DNA of 64,000 nucleotides, taken from Patescibacteria group bacterium (lineage in GTDB: Bacteria > Patescibacteriota > Gracilibacteria > UBA1369 > PNNO01). The notes under the pieces are model-generated. The model did not search any database, was not told the DNA's origin, and worked only from the letters and a program-made list of their open reading frames with translations. The position numbers were made by a program, and so were the translations under genes. Below, piece after piece: positions 9,477 to 17,350 of this stretch. The stretch covers positions 1 through 64,000 of the forward strand of contig JBHPIO010000005.1 in NCBI GenBank assembly GCA_042568575.1. The letters are read 5' to 3'. Numbering within the stretch: the first letter of the stretch is position 1; every line of letters starts with the position of its first letter.

Positions 9477-10523
9477 TTAAACGTCTAACTCTGGCGGCAT
9501 ATTTGCCATTGCTTCATCTTCATCAATTAAATCCGCATCAACAAGATCTGTTAATGCACGTTTCATAGTTTGCATACCTTCTTGAGTGCTTGTTTCAATA
9601 ACCGAATCAACCTGATGCGTATTTCCTTTTCGAATCATATTTCCAATAGCATGGTTGTTGAAAAGAATTTCCATTGCAGCAATACGTCCCTTATTATCTT
9701 TGGTTTTAAGAAGCGATTGCCAAACAATTGCCTGAAGACTTTCCGCGAGCTGGGCTCTAATCTGGTTTTGCTGTTCAGATGGGAATGCATCAATCATACG
9801 ATCGATAGACTTTGCAGCTCCACTTGTATGAAGAGTTGCTAGCACCAAATGCCCGGTTTCAGCAGCTGTAATAGCAAGCGAAATTGTTTCAAAATCACGC
9901 ATTTCCCCAATAAGGATTACGTTTGGATCTTCACGAAGAGATGCCTTAAGAGCTCGTTGAAAGCTTAATGTATGTGTTCCAACCTCTCTTTGATCAATAA
10001 CGGATTTAACATTTTCATGAATGAACTCAATTGGATCTTCAATTGTAAGGATATGCTTTGCTTGGTTCAGATTAATTTCGTGTACTAACGAAGCGAGCGT
10101 AGTAGATTTACCTGAACTTGTAGGACCTGTTACTATCACGAGTCCGTTGTGCATTTTCGTAATTTTCTTTAGTTGTTGAGGCATATTTAGTTCATCCATC
10201 GTGTTTACTTTCGCTGGAATTACCCTAAATATTGCTCCGATTCCTTTTCTTTGAACAAACATATTCACCCTAAATCTCGCAATAGTTTCGATATCTATAG
10301 AAAAATCGAGATCCAGTGATTTTTGAAATCTCTTTTTCTGATCTTCGTTCATTATTTCAAGAAGATAGTCCTCCGCCATTTTCTTTGTTAGAATTTCGTG
10401 TCCCTCAATATAAACAAGTTCTCCATTTATTCGGAGTACAGGTTTTGTTCCAGTAGTAATATAAATATCTGAAGCTTTATACTGGAGGGCTGTTCGTAAG
10501 ATTTTATCTATTTTTAGCGTCAT
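9477..10523 (-). CDS. pilT: Type IV pilus retraction ATPase PilT/PilU family
   Basis: ASDIYI, RFRVNMF, Walker A GPTSSGKST, TIEDPIE, LREDPNVILIGEMRD, AAETGHLVLATLHT, AIGNMIR and GMQTM. Confidence 0.93.
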   Translation of the reverse strand: MTLKIDKILRTALQYKASDIYITTGTKPVLRINGELVYIEGHEILTKKMAEDYLLEIMNEDQKKRFQKSLDLDFSIDIETIARFRVNMFVQRKGIGAIFRVIPAKVNTMDELNMPQQLKKITKMHNGLVIVTGPTSSGKSTTLASLVHEINLNQAKHILTIEDPIEFIHENVKSVIDQREVGTHTLSFQRALKASLREDPNVILIGEMRDFETISLAITAAETGHLVLATLHTSGAAKSIDRMIDAFPSEQQNQIRAQLAESLQAIVWQSLLKTKDNKGRIAAMEILFNNHAIGNMIRKGNTHQVDSVIETSTQEGMQTMKRALTDLVDADLIDEDEAMANMPPELDV

Positions 10524-10550
10524 CTTTAGTTTTTATTTTATTTTCCTATA

Positions 10551-10579
10551 ATTATAGCACGAAAAGACTGCCAAATCAA
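10551..10579 (-). promoter_or_regulatory. Sigma70-type promoter of the pilT-pilin operon
   Basis: TTGATT-17 bp-TATAAT with extended -10 (TGc) on the minus strand, 28 bp before pilT. Confidence 0.6.
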
Positions 10580-10602
10580 CCATAATGGTTCGGAAAAAGC
10601 GC

Positions 10603-11577
10603 TTAAAGAGGGGAATTTTCTTTTATCTCATCTAGCAGTTCAAAGGCCTCATTTTTTGTTTCAACGCGAACTAACCTACTTCTGTAATTTGCCGCTCCAG
10701 GAAAGCCTTTAACGTATACAGCAAGGTGTTTTCTCATTTCAAGCATTGCATGTCTTTCTCCTTTAGATTCTACGGCAAGTTCAATGTGATTTTTCGCTAA
10801 TTCATGCCAATCTGGAAGCTTTTTATCACTTTCATTTCCTGGATGTAGTTCGTTATATATATGGTACATAATGAGTGGATTGCCGAAAGTAGCCCTTCCA
10901 ACCATTACTCCATCAAGGTTTTTGAGTTTTTTGACAGCAGCTTCAGGTGAATCGACGTCTCCGTTTCCAATCACATGAATGTTGAGTTTTTCCTTTATTT
11001 TATATATAGGATCCCAGTCTGCCTTTCCTCCATATCCTTGTTTTTTTGTCCTTCCGTGGATTGTCATTAGTTTAGCGCCAGCATCTTGAATTTTTAAGCA
11101 AAATGATTGAAGTTTTTCTTCATCATATGAATTAAACCCGATTCGTGTTTTTACAGAAACAGGTAGATTGGTATTTTTGACTACCGTATGTACTATTTCA
11201 GCTGCGAGTTCAGGGTCTTTAAGCAAAGCAGAGCCATGAAGCGAGCCAATAACTTTCTTTGCTGGACACCCCATATTGATATCAATCCCTGCAGCTCCGG
11301 ATTCTTCCACTAACTTTGCTGCTTCAATGAAATGTTCGGGCTTTTTCCCAAAAAGCTGAACGATTAAAGGTTTTTCCGTCTTCGCAAAAGTAATTTTCTT
11401 GAAAGAAACCTTACTATTATATTTAAGTGCATCCGCACTTGTGAATTCAGTAAAACAAATCACTCCAGGTGTGTATTTCTTAACAAGTTGCCTGAAAGCG
11501 CTGTCTGTATAGCCCTCCATTGGGGCAAGTGCTAAAATGGGCTTTTTCTCTGAATCCCATGAAAATTTACTAGCCAT
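10603..11577 (-). CDS. dusB: tRNA-dihydrouridine synthase (DusB family)
   Basis: LAPMEGYTD, VQLFG, DINMGCP, VSVKTRIG, TIHGRT, IGNGDV, GVMVGRA. Confidence 0.92.
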   Translation of the reverse strand: MASKFSWDSEKKPILALAPMEGYTDSAFRQLVKKYTPGVICFTEFTSADALKYNSKVSFKKITFAKTEKPLIVQLFGKKPEHFIEAAKLVEESGAAGIDINMGCPAKKVIGSLHGSALLKDPELAAEIVHTVVKNTNLPVSVKTRIGFNSYDEEKLQSFCLKIQDAGAKLMTIHGRTKKQGYGGKADWDPIYKIKEKLNIHVIGNGDVDSPEAAVKKLKNLDGVMVGRATFGNPLIMYHIYNELHPGNESDKKLPDWHELAKNHIELAVESKGERHAMLEMRKHLAVYVKGFPGAANYRSRLVRVETKNEAFELLDEIKENSPL

Positions 11578-11586
11578 GTACTGCTT

Positions 11587-12267
11587 TTATAAACCTAATA
11601 AGCTTAAAATCTGTTCAAAAATCGGGTTAAGCCATCCCTGTAGGTATGAATAAACCCCTCCGACAATAATTGCAAGTAAAACTACTACAAGTATAATTTT
11701 ACCAACTATTCCTTTTTTCTTAGGTTTTTCTTCAGCAACAACAGGTTCAGAAGCTTCAGCAGCTGGTTCTTCAGGTGCTTTTTCTTCCGATGTTTCAGGT
11801 TTTTTGAAGATGTCCGCAGGTGATTGTGCTGCTTCTTCAGCAACAGGCTCTGCAGGAACTTCAGGAGTTGCAGGCGCAGGTTCTTCAGCTACAGGTTGTG
11901 GCTCAGGAGCCGCAGGTGCCTCTTCAGGCTCAACCAAAGGAACTGATGGTGGCTCTTCGGGTGCTGCTACAGGTTCTGGAGTTTCAGCAACCTCAGGGGC
12001 TGCAGGCGCAGCTTCAACTGCAGGCGCAGCTTCAACTGCAGGCGCAGCTTCAACTGCAGGCGCAGCGGCTGCCTCGCCTCCACCTTCTTCGGTGTTGATT
12101 TGTTCTAGTAGTTTTTTAACTTCAGTATTATCTGGTTCAGCTTCGAGAATTTCATTGCATCCTTGCTTTGCTTTTTCGTAATCTTTCTCTTCTAACCATT
12201 TTTTAACTTTTCCAACCGCTTCTTTAATGGTTACTACTTCACCAGATTGTTGATTTTGTGGATCCAT
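11587..12267 (-). CDS. Membrane-anchored protein: TPR-like N-terminus, Pro/Ala/Glu-rich linker, C-terminal TM helix
   Basis: 'DYEKAKQGCNEILEAEPDNTEVKKLL' is TPR-like, followed by a low-complexity linker and a hydrophobic C-terminus. Confidence 0.7.
   Translation of the reverse strand: MDPQNQQSGEVVTIKEAVGKVKKWLEEKDYEKAKQGCNEILEAEPDNTEVKKLLEQINTEEGGGEAAAAPAVEAAPAVEAAPAVEAAPAAPEVAETPEPVAAPEEPPSVPLVEPEEAPAAPEPQPVAEEPAPATPEVPAEPVAEEAAQSPADIFKKPETSEEKAPEEPAAEASEPVVAEEKPKKKGIVGKIILVVVLLAIIVGGVYSYLQGWLNPIFEQILSLLGL
12000..12066. repeat. 18-bp tandem repeat, about 3.7 copies, encoding APAVEA
   Basis: CTGCAGGCGCAGCTTCAA three times plus a partial fourth copy. Confidence 0.9.
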
Positions 12268-12285
12268 AATAGGTTATTTTAATAT

Positions 12286-12858
12286 TTAAAATGTATTGAG
12301 ATCGACTTCATTTCCGTCTTCATCTACTTTCGGGAGAACATTTTCAATTGCACCCCATTCGCTATCTTCAAGGTCAGGAACAATTAGTGTAACTTTGTCG
12401 CCAACTTCAGCTCTAAAGTATGTAACTGAAGCTAGTAGCACTTTATATGCCTTTCCTCCTGCAATAACTTTGTATTGTCCGTCTTCATAAGTAAGTGTTC
12501 CAACGATATTCCTTCTTTCTGCTGGTCCAATTTGTTTGTAAATAAACCCTCCATCATCCTGAATTGTGAGTTTAAGAACATCTCCTGGAATAAGTTTTGA
12601 TTTACTTGCGTAGTTAGCTGGAACCGGAAAAGTTCGTTTATCAGGACCAATCATATTTTGTCCATCAAATACACCTTCAACAATTTTTCCTTCAGGTGAT
12701 GATGATGTTGATAGTTCTTCTGCTGATTTTGAATATTTTTCCTTTAGATCAGATTTAGTAATACCTAGATCGAGAAGCAATTGTTTTGCAGAACGAATAC
12801 TTGATTCAGCACTTTCTAGCATTTCTTGAACGAGCGCAATTTTAGAAGCTTTAGCCAT
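12286..12858 (-). CDS. Conserved hypothetical protein (CPR-type)
   Basis: 'IVEGVFDGQNMIGPD...PVPANYASKSKL..GD.LKLTI...F.YKQIGP', a pattern I recognise from CPR genomes. Function unknown. Confidence 0.75.
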   Translation of the reverse strand: MAKASKIALVQEMLESAESSIRSAKQLLLDLGITKSDLKEKYSKSAEELSTSSSPEGKIVEGVFDGQNMIGPDKRTFPVPANYASKSKLIPGDVLKLTIQDDGGFIYKQIGPAERRNIVGTLTYEDGQYKVIAGGKAYKVLLASVTYFRAEVGDKVTLIVPDLEDSEWGAIENVLPKVDEDGNEVDLNTF

Positions 12859-12941
12859 TTTATTTTTGTTAGATTCTATATGTATGTAAAAAGTATATCA
12901 AAATAGGAACACCAAGTCAATAAAGATGGCTTGATTATGGG

Positions 12942-13307
12942 CTAAAAGGCCTTTTTCTGTTTACGTTTTTTCAAAAAGTTTTGTAATATCGATCGGCGTG
13001 CGATTCCAACATTTGAGAAAATCCTGAATGTGAATACAACGGTGGCTGCCAGATACAGATCTAATCCTAATTTATCACCGAGATAAGTAATTGCTATCGC
13101 TAGAATTACATTAAAAAACAGTCCAGAAATGAAAATTATGGCATTGTAATGATCCTTTGTAACTTCGGCACGGATTGCTCCGAAAAGCGCATCTAAAATA
13201 CCAATACTAACTACAGCTGTATATCTTGTATATTCGATAGGAATAGGGATGTCGATTGCGAAACCGACTATTATTCCAACTAGTACACCGAGTAATGCCC
13301 AAATCAT
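12942..13307 (-). CDS. sbp: Small basic protein family (Sbp/DUF1290)
   Basis: 'YTAVVSIGILDALFGAIRA...FISGLFFN..LA...YLGDKLGLDLYLAA...RIFSN', located after ftsQ. Confidence 0.85.
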   Translation of the reverse strand: MIWALLGVLVGIIVGFAIDIPIPIEYTRYTAVVSIGILDALFGAIRAEVTKDHYNAIIFISGLFFNVILAIAITYLGDKLGLDLYLAATVVFTFRIFSNVGIARRSILQNFLKKRKQKKAF

Positions 13308-13322
13308 ATAAAAATGGTTATA

Positions 13323-14234
13323 TCACCTTCTTTTAAATATCACACGTTGGCCGTTTACGCTAGAGATTCTTAGATCAATATATTCAAGCGAATCATTATA
13401 AATGTTCAATTTTGGAAGCGCTTTCTTTAATTTATCGTATTGTTCTAAGGTTGTCAGGGCTGTATCAAGCCAAATAATAAATTCTCTATCAGTTTTAATA
13501 TGTACCTCACGCTCTGTTAGTTTATATTCGGCGTCAAGGACTTTCATTCCAAAAAGATCTTCAAAATCGTAAATTGAATCAAGAACATATTCGAGCTTCT
13601 CTCTTGGAAGTGCGAATTCATTTAATTCCATAACTTTCTCTGTCCTTATCTTTATATAAGGAAGATTTGGATTTTCAAAATCTTGCTGAACAAGTAATCC
13701 AATTTCATTAATAACAAACTTCTTCTGTGTGTCTTCAACAAGGTTAAAGACATTTGCCACCTCTGAAAAGTTTTCATATTCCATTATGAGCGTATCTGGA
13801 AAGACTTTTTTAAGTTTTAAGTTTTTGATTTCTGGATATTGAGATTTTATGTTTGATTCTATCTTTCCGGTGTCTAAAAACGCTAGATTTTTATCTTTAT
13901 GCACAGCCAAAAACTCTTCAAATTTCGATTCTTCCTGAATAATGTCGTCACCATAGATTTTCCACTGCCTTAGTTGGAAAAAATTTGTAAAAATAACCAT
14001 GTATAAAGCAAAAACAACAGCAATAATTGTTACTCCAAGTATCAGCCACTTTTTTAGAGGTAACGGATGCTTGTGCGAAAGCTTTAACTCGCCTGAATAT
14101 CGTTTATTCCTAGACTTTTTTGGAAGTTTTTTGTTGGCAAGTTTCCTATGAGAATATGGAGAACGAATCTCTTGAATTCGACTCTGCGTCTTCGCTTTAC
14201 CTCTCCTCCGTTTTTTCTTTTTGAAAAAAGCCAT
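13323..14234 (-). CDS. ftsQ: FtsQ/DivIB-like POTRA cell division protein
   Basis: Basic cytoplasmic N-terminus, single TM, POTRA 'PEIKNLKLKKVFPDTL' and C-terminal 'EYIDLR'. Confidence 0.8.
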   Translation of the reverse strand: MAFFKKKKRRRGKAKTQSRIQEIRSPYSHRKLANKKLPKKSRNKRYSGELKLSHKHPLPLKKWLILGVTIIAVVFALYMVIFTNFFQLRQWKIYGDDIIQEESKFEEFLAVHKDKNLAFLDTGKIESNIKSQYPEIKNLKLKKVFPDTLIMEYENFSEVANVFNLVEDTQKKFVINEIGLLVQQDFENPNLPYIKIRTEKVMELNEFALPREKLEYVLDSIYDFEDLFGMKVLDAEYKLTEREVHIKTDREFIIWLDTALTTLEQYDKLKKALPKLNIYNDSLEYIDLRISSVNGQRVIFKRR

Positions 14235-14293
14235 GATCTGTAGTTAAAAATGGCTTTTAAATCTTACAGCTGGTTGTGAGCTAAATCAAATGA

Positions 14294-14425
14294 TTATTTT
14301 GCGTCCTTAGCTTCTCTTCGTGCTCTAGCTTTTGCTTTATTACGACGTTTTCTAAGTTTACTCTTTGGACGAGTTACGTTTGCTGTTGATAGTCCGTGTT
14401 GTTTTGAAGAACTTTTATTAGTCAT
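14294..14425 (-). CDS. 43-aa highly basic small protein (absent from the ORF track)
   Basis: Translates as MTNKSSSKQHGLSTANVTRPKSKLRKRRNKAKARARREAKDAK*. It starts 16 bp after the upstream gene on the same strand. Confidence 0.6.
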   Translation of the reverse strand: MTNKSSSKQHGLSTANVTRPKSKLRKRRNKAKARARREAKDAK

Positions 14426-14441
14426 AAGGTGTGTTTAATTA

Positions 14442-14651
14442 TTATGATTCTTTTATTTCCTGTGGTCCTTCTACAAGAAGTTGGAAATATTCCCGTTCAA
14501 TTCTATATAAATTCTTCAGAACTTCAAGCAATTTTTCATATGGAAGGTTATCGATGGCTGCCATGAGTTTAATTTTCATGTCAGGTTCAATGAAATGAAG
14601 TATATCAAGTACGTGTTTAATTTCGATATGTATGAAGAGTAGTTTATCCAT
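14442..14651 (-). CDS. Small hypothetical protein
   Basis: 69-aa ORF starting 2 bp after the upstream stop. Confidence 0.55.
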   Translation of the reverse strand: MDKLLFIHIEIKHVLDILHFIEPDMKIKLMAAIDNLPYEKLLEVLKNLYRIEREYFQLLVEGPQEIKES

Positions 14652-14653
14652 TA

Positions 14654-15202
14654 TTAATCATGTTTATCTAATTTTTTATTACCACCTCTCCAAGCACGTC
14701 TCCATGCCTGAATCCCTGTAGGAATTGCAGCACAAACCCCTTTCCATGTTTTATTAAGAATTGGTCCTCCAATTCCAGCAAGAAAACTACCTACCCCTTT
14801 TCCAGCTTCTTTAAGTCTTACGCCGGCCCTGTTCCAAAAGTCTTCCACTCTTTGCTTTTTTTCTGCGTTTTTTCCGATAAGTTGAACCATAGCTTTAGCT
14901 CTTGCTTCTAATACTTTTCCAAGTTTTTTTGGATCTGGCTCTGCTTCTCGTGTAGCTTCATCAAGTACTTCATTTTCAAATTGAATAACCTTTGCTACCA
15001 TGTCTGAAGCTTCAGCTCCTTCAACTGTGCTACTTACTTTTCCTTTTGTAACATCCTCAATTGCTGAAACCGGCGCACCATCTTCTGGGGCAGTTTGTTG
15101 ATCAACATCTGCCATAGCAGGAGTTACACCTTCCATATCAGGGCTTGCCCATGCTGCTTGTTCGTCTGCACGACGAGCTTCTTCTCCTGATTTATTAGCC
15201 AT
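14654..15202 (-). CDS. Hypothetical protein (acidic disordered N-terminus, helical/amphipathic C-terminus)
   Basis: Likely start MANKSGEE at 15202. The longer ORF-track start overlaps the rpmB start and upstream region. Confidence 0.65.
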   Translation of the reverse strand: MANKSGEEARRADEQAAWASPDMEGVTPAMADVDQQTAPEDGAPVSAIEDVTKGKVSSTVEGAEASDMVAKVIQFENEVLDEATREAEPDPKKLGKVLEARAKAMVQLIGKNAEKKQRVEDFWNRAGVRLKEAGKGVGSFLAGIGGPILNKTWKGVCAAIPTGIQAWRRAWRGGNKKLDKHD

Positions 15203-15329
15203 AATAATTGGATTATTATCTTGGAATATATAATACCATATTTGTGTGAAATAATCAAGCATTTCGTGTATCTCTCTTGCTTTTTCAAGTTTTTTGAGTA
15301 AAATACAAGAGCACTTAAAGAACCAAAGC

Positions 15330-15524
15330 ATGTCAAAAGTATGTCAAATCACAGGAAAACGTCCTACAACAGGGCATAATGTAAGTCATTCAAATCGTAA
15401 GACCAAACGACGATTTCTTCCTAATATGGTTACAAAAAGGGTTTTCAATTCGCAAACTGGAGTATGGGAAAAGATGAAGATTTCAGCTCATGGTCTTCGT
15501 ATCCTGAATAAAAAGATGAAATAA
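15330..15524 (+). CDS. rpmB: 50S ribosomal protein L28
   Basis: MSKVCQITGKRPTTGHNVSHSNRKTKRRFLPN. Confidence 0.97.
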   Translation: MSKVCQITGKRPTTGHNVSHSNRKTKRRFLPNMVTKRVFNSQTGVWEKMKISAHGLRILNKKMK

Positions 15525-15529
15525 AGTAT

Positions 15530-16231
15530 TTATACTGAGTTTTCTTTGCGGGGCTTAAATAGCCTCGTTTTTGATAGATAAATAAACGGAGTATCCAGTA
15601 GGGCGATAATAACCTTTAACAAGTATGTGAATAGGATTATTTGCCATACATTCTCTGCATTTGCCACAATTCCGTATAAACCTACGAAAGTAAAAAAGAT
15701 TGTATCGATTAATTGAGAAACCAAAGTTGATACGTTATTTCGAAGCCATAAGAATCTTCCTTTTGTGGCTTTTTTAATGAAGTTAAATATCGAAATATCT
15801 AAGTGTTGCGAGATTAAATAAGAAACCATAGAAGTACCTACAATTCGTGGAGTTGTTTCGAAAATTGTTGAAAGTGTGCCATGTAGGAAGTTGCCTTCAT
15901 CAAGTACACTTGGAGTATACAAAATAATCAATTGAGACATTACAATTAAGAAAATAGATGCGAAAAATCCGATCCAAACTGCTTGGCGGGCTTTTTCTTT
16001 GCCAAAATGTTCACAGATAATGTCGGTTCCAAGAAAAATTGAAGCATATAAAACATTTCCACCTGTAACTTCAAGGGTGAAAATATTCATCATCTTTAAA
16101 ACAAAGATATTCATTAAAACCGCTTGTACAGCTATTAAAGCGAGTAACCAATGAAATCCAAAACGAAAGGCGATCAGAGTAAAACTGAGTCCAATTAGGA
16201 TTTGGATTATGAAAATAACTTCGTTGCTCAT
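15530..16231 (-). CDS. yhhQ: Queuosine precursor transporter (VUT/YhhQ family)
   Basis: 'FLGTDIICEHFGKEKARQAVWIGF', 'SYLISQHLDI', 'WLRNNVSTLVSQLIDT', 'KVIIALLDTPFIY'. Confidence 0.9.
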   Translation of the reverse strand: MSNEVIFIIQILIGLSFTLIAFRFGFHWLLALIAVQAVLMNIFVLKMMNIFTLEVTGGNVLYASIFLGTDIICEHFGKEKARQAVWIGFFASIFLIVMSQLIILYTPSVLDEGNFLHGTLSTIFETTPRIVGTSMVSYLISQHLDISIFNFIKKATKGRFLWLRNNVSTLVSQLIDTIFFTFVGLYGIVANAENVWQIILFTYLLKVIIALLDTPFIYLSKTRLFKPRKENSV

Positions 16232-16342
16232 TCGAAAAATTTTGTAAGAGAATAAAAAAGGCTTAAGCGGAATATATCATTATTGATAAACGATTGCAAA
16301 GTGATGTAAGATCTAAAAAAGAAAACAATAATTAACTTTAAT

Positions 16343-17251
16343 ATGAAGCAATATGACGTAGTTGGAATTGGGGGCACAACACTTGATCATTTAAATATAG
16401 TAGATCATTTCCCAGAAAAGGATGAAAAAATTGTGCCGACTTTTTCTTCTATACAAGGTGGGGGGCAGGCAGCAAACGCAATCGCTTGTTTGGCTAGACT
16501 TGGCGCAAAAACGAGTTTTATTGGTACCGTTGGAAAGGGTGCTCTTGGTCAATGTTCAATTGAAACATTAAAGGAAGAAGGTGTTGATACTGGATGTGTT
16601 GTTGTTCAGGAAGATAAAGCGCCGGCATTATCAAGCATTATTATTGAAAATGGTAGTCGTACAATTATTGCTGATCGAGGAGATTTGGAGGAGATGAAAC
16701 TTTGTGATGAAATGTATGAAACTATAAAAAATGCTAAATTTATTCATTCGGACGCACATTTTCCTGAAGAAAATTTGAAATTGGTTAAATTTGCTCGTGA
16801 AAATGGTGTAAAAACATGTGTTGATGCCGAGCCTCATACTCCTAATTCGGAGGAATTTGTTCATCATGCAGATATTTTGATTGTTTCGCGACGTTTTGTT
16901 GAAGAAAAATTTGGTCAAGATTATGAGAAGGCGCTTAAGGATTTCATTGGATTTGGTGCGGAAATTGCGATTATCACTTTAGGGAAATATGGGGCGATTG
17001 GAATGCAAAAAGGGGATACTCAGTGCACAACGGTTCCAGAGTATGATGTAGGAGAAATTGTTGATACAACTGGTGCTGGTGATGTGTTTCATGGAGCATT
17101 TCTTTACGGCTTGGTTCAGGGATGGGATTTTAGGAAGAACATGCTGTTTTCTAACGTTTGTGCAGGACTGAAATGTAAGAAAATTGGTGGTCGTCTTGGA
17201 ATGCCAACTTTAGAAGAGGCGCTGGAGCACCTGGAGAAGTGGAAAATCTAA
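16343..17251 (+). CDS. PfkB/ribokinase-family carbohydrate kinase
   Basis: GGQAANAIACLARLG and DTTGAGDVFHGAFL signatures. Confidence 0.92.
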   Translation: MKQYDVVGIGGTTLDHLNIVDHFPEKDEKIVPTFSSIQGGGQAANAIACLARLGAKTSFIGTVGKGALGQCSIETLKEEGVDTGCVVVQEDKAPALSSIIIENGSRTIIADRGDLEEMKLCDEMYETIKNAKFIHSDAHFPEENLKLVKFARENGVKTCVDAEPHTPNSEEFVHHADILIVSRRFVEEKFGQDYEKALKDFIGFGAEIAIITLGKYGAIGMQKGDTQCTTVPEYDVGEIVDTTGAGDVFHGAFLYGLVQGWDFRKNMLFSNVCAGLKCKKIGGRLGMPTLEEALEHLEKWKI

Positions 17252-17277
17252 GTTTGGCTACACATGCTTACTGAGTC

Positions 17278-17306
17278 TTGAGAAATGGGGTTTTTTGTGC
17301 TATAAT
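17278..17306 (+). promoter_or_regulatory. Sigma70-type promoter of the surface-protein cluster
   Basis: TTGAGA-17 bp-TATAAT with extended -10 (TGc). AGGAG precedes the start at 17351. Confidence 0.6.
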
Positions 17307-17350
17307 AACAGGAAAAAATCAAAATAAACCTTAAAAACTAGGAGCACTTT

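Noticed and set aside
12000-12066. Possible CRISPR array
   Set aside because: The repeats are contiguous with no spacers, lie in a coding frame, and have no cas genes nearby.
11804-12181. Antisense Ala/Gly/Ser-rich and Gln/Leu-rich ORFs
   Set aside because: They are shadows of the low-complexity repeat gene on the minus strand.
15203-15331. N-terminal extension of ORF 14654..15331
   Set aside because: It overlaps the divergent promoter region and the rpmB start. The 15202 start is more plausible.
16232-16342. preQ1 riboswitch upstream of yhhQ
   Set aside because: No recognisable preQ1 stem or A-rich tail. The region looks like divergent promoters only.
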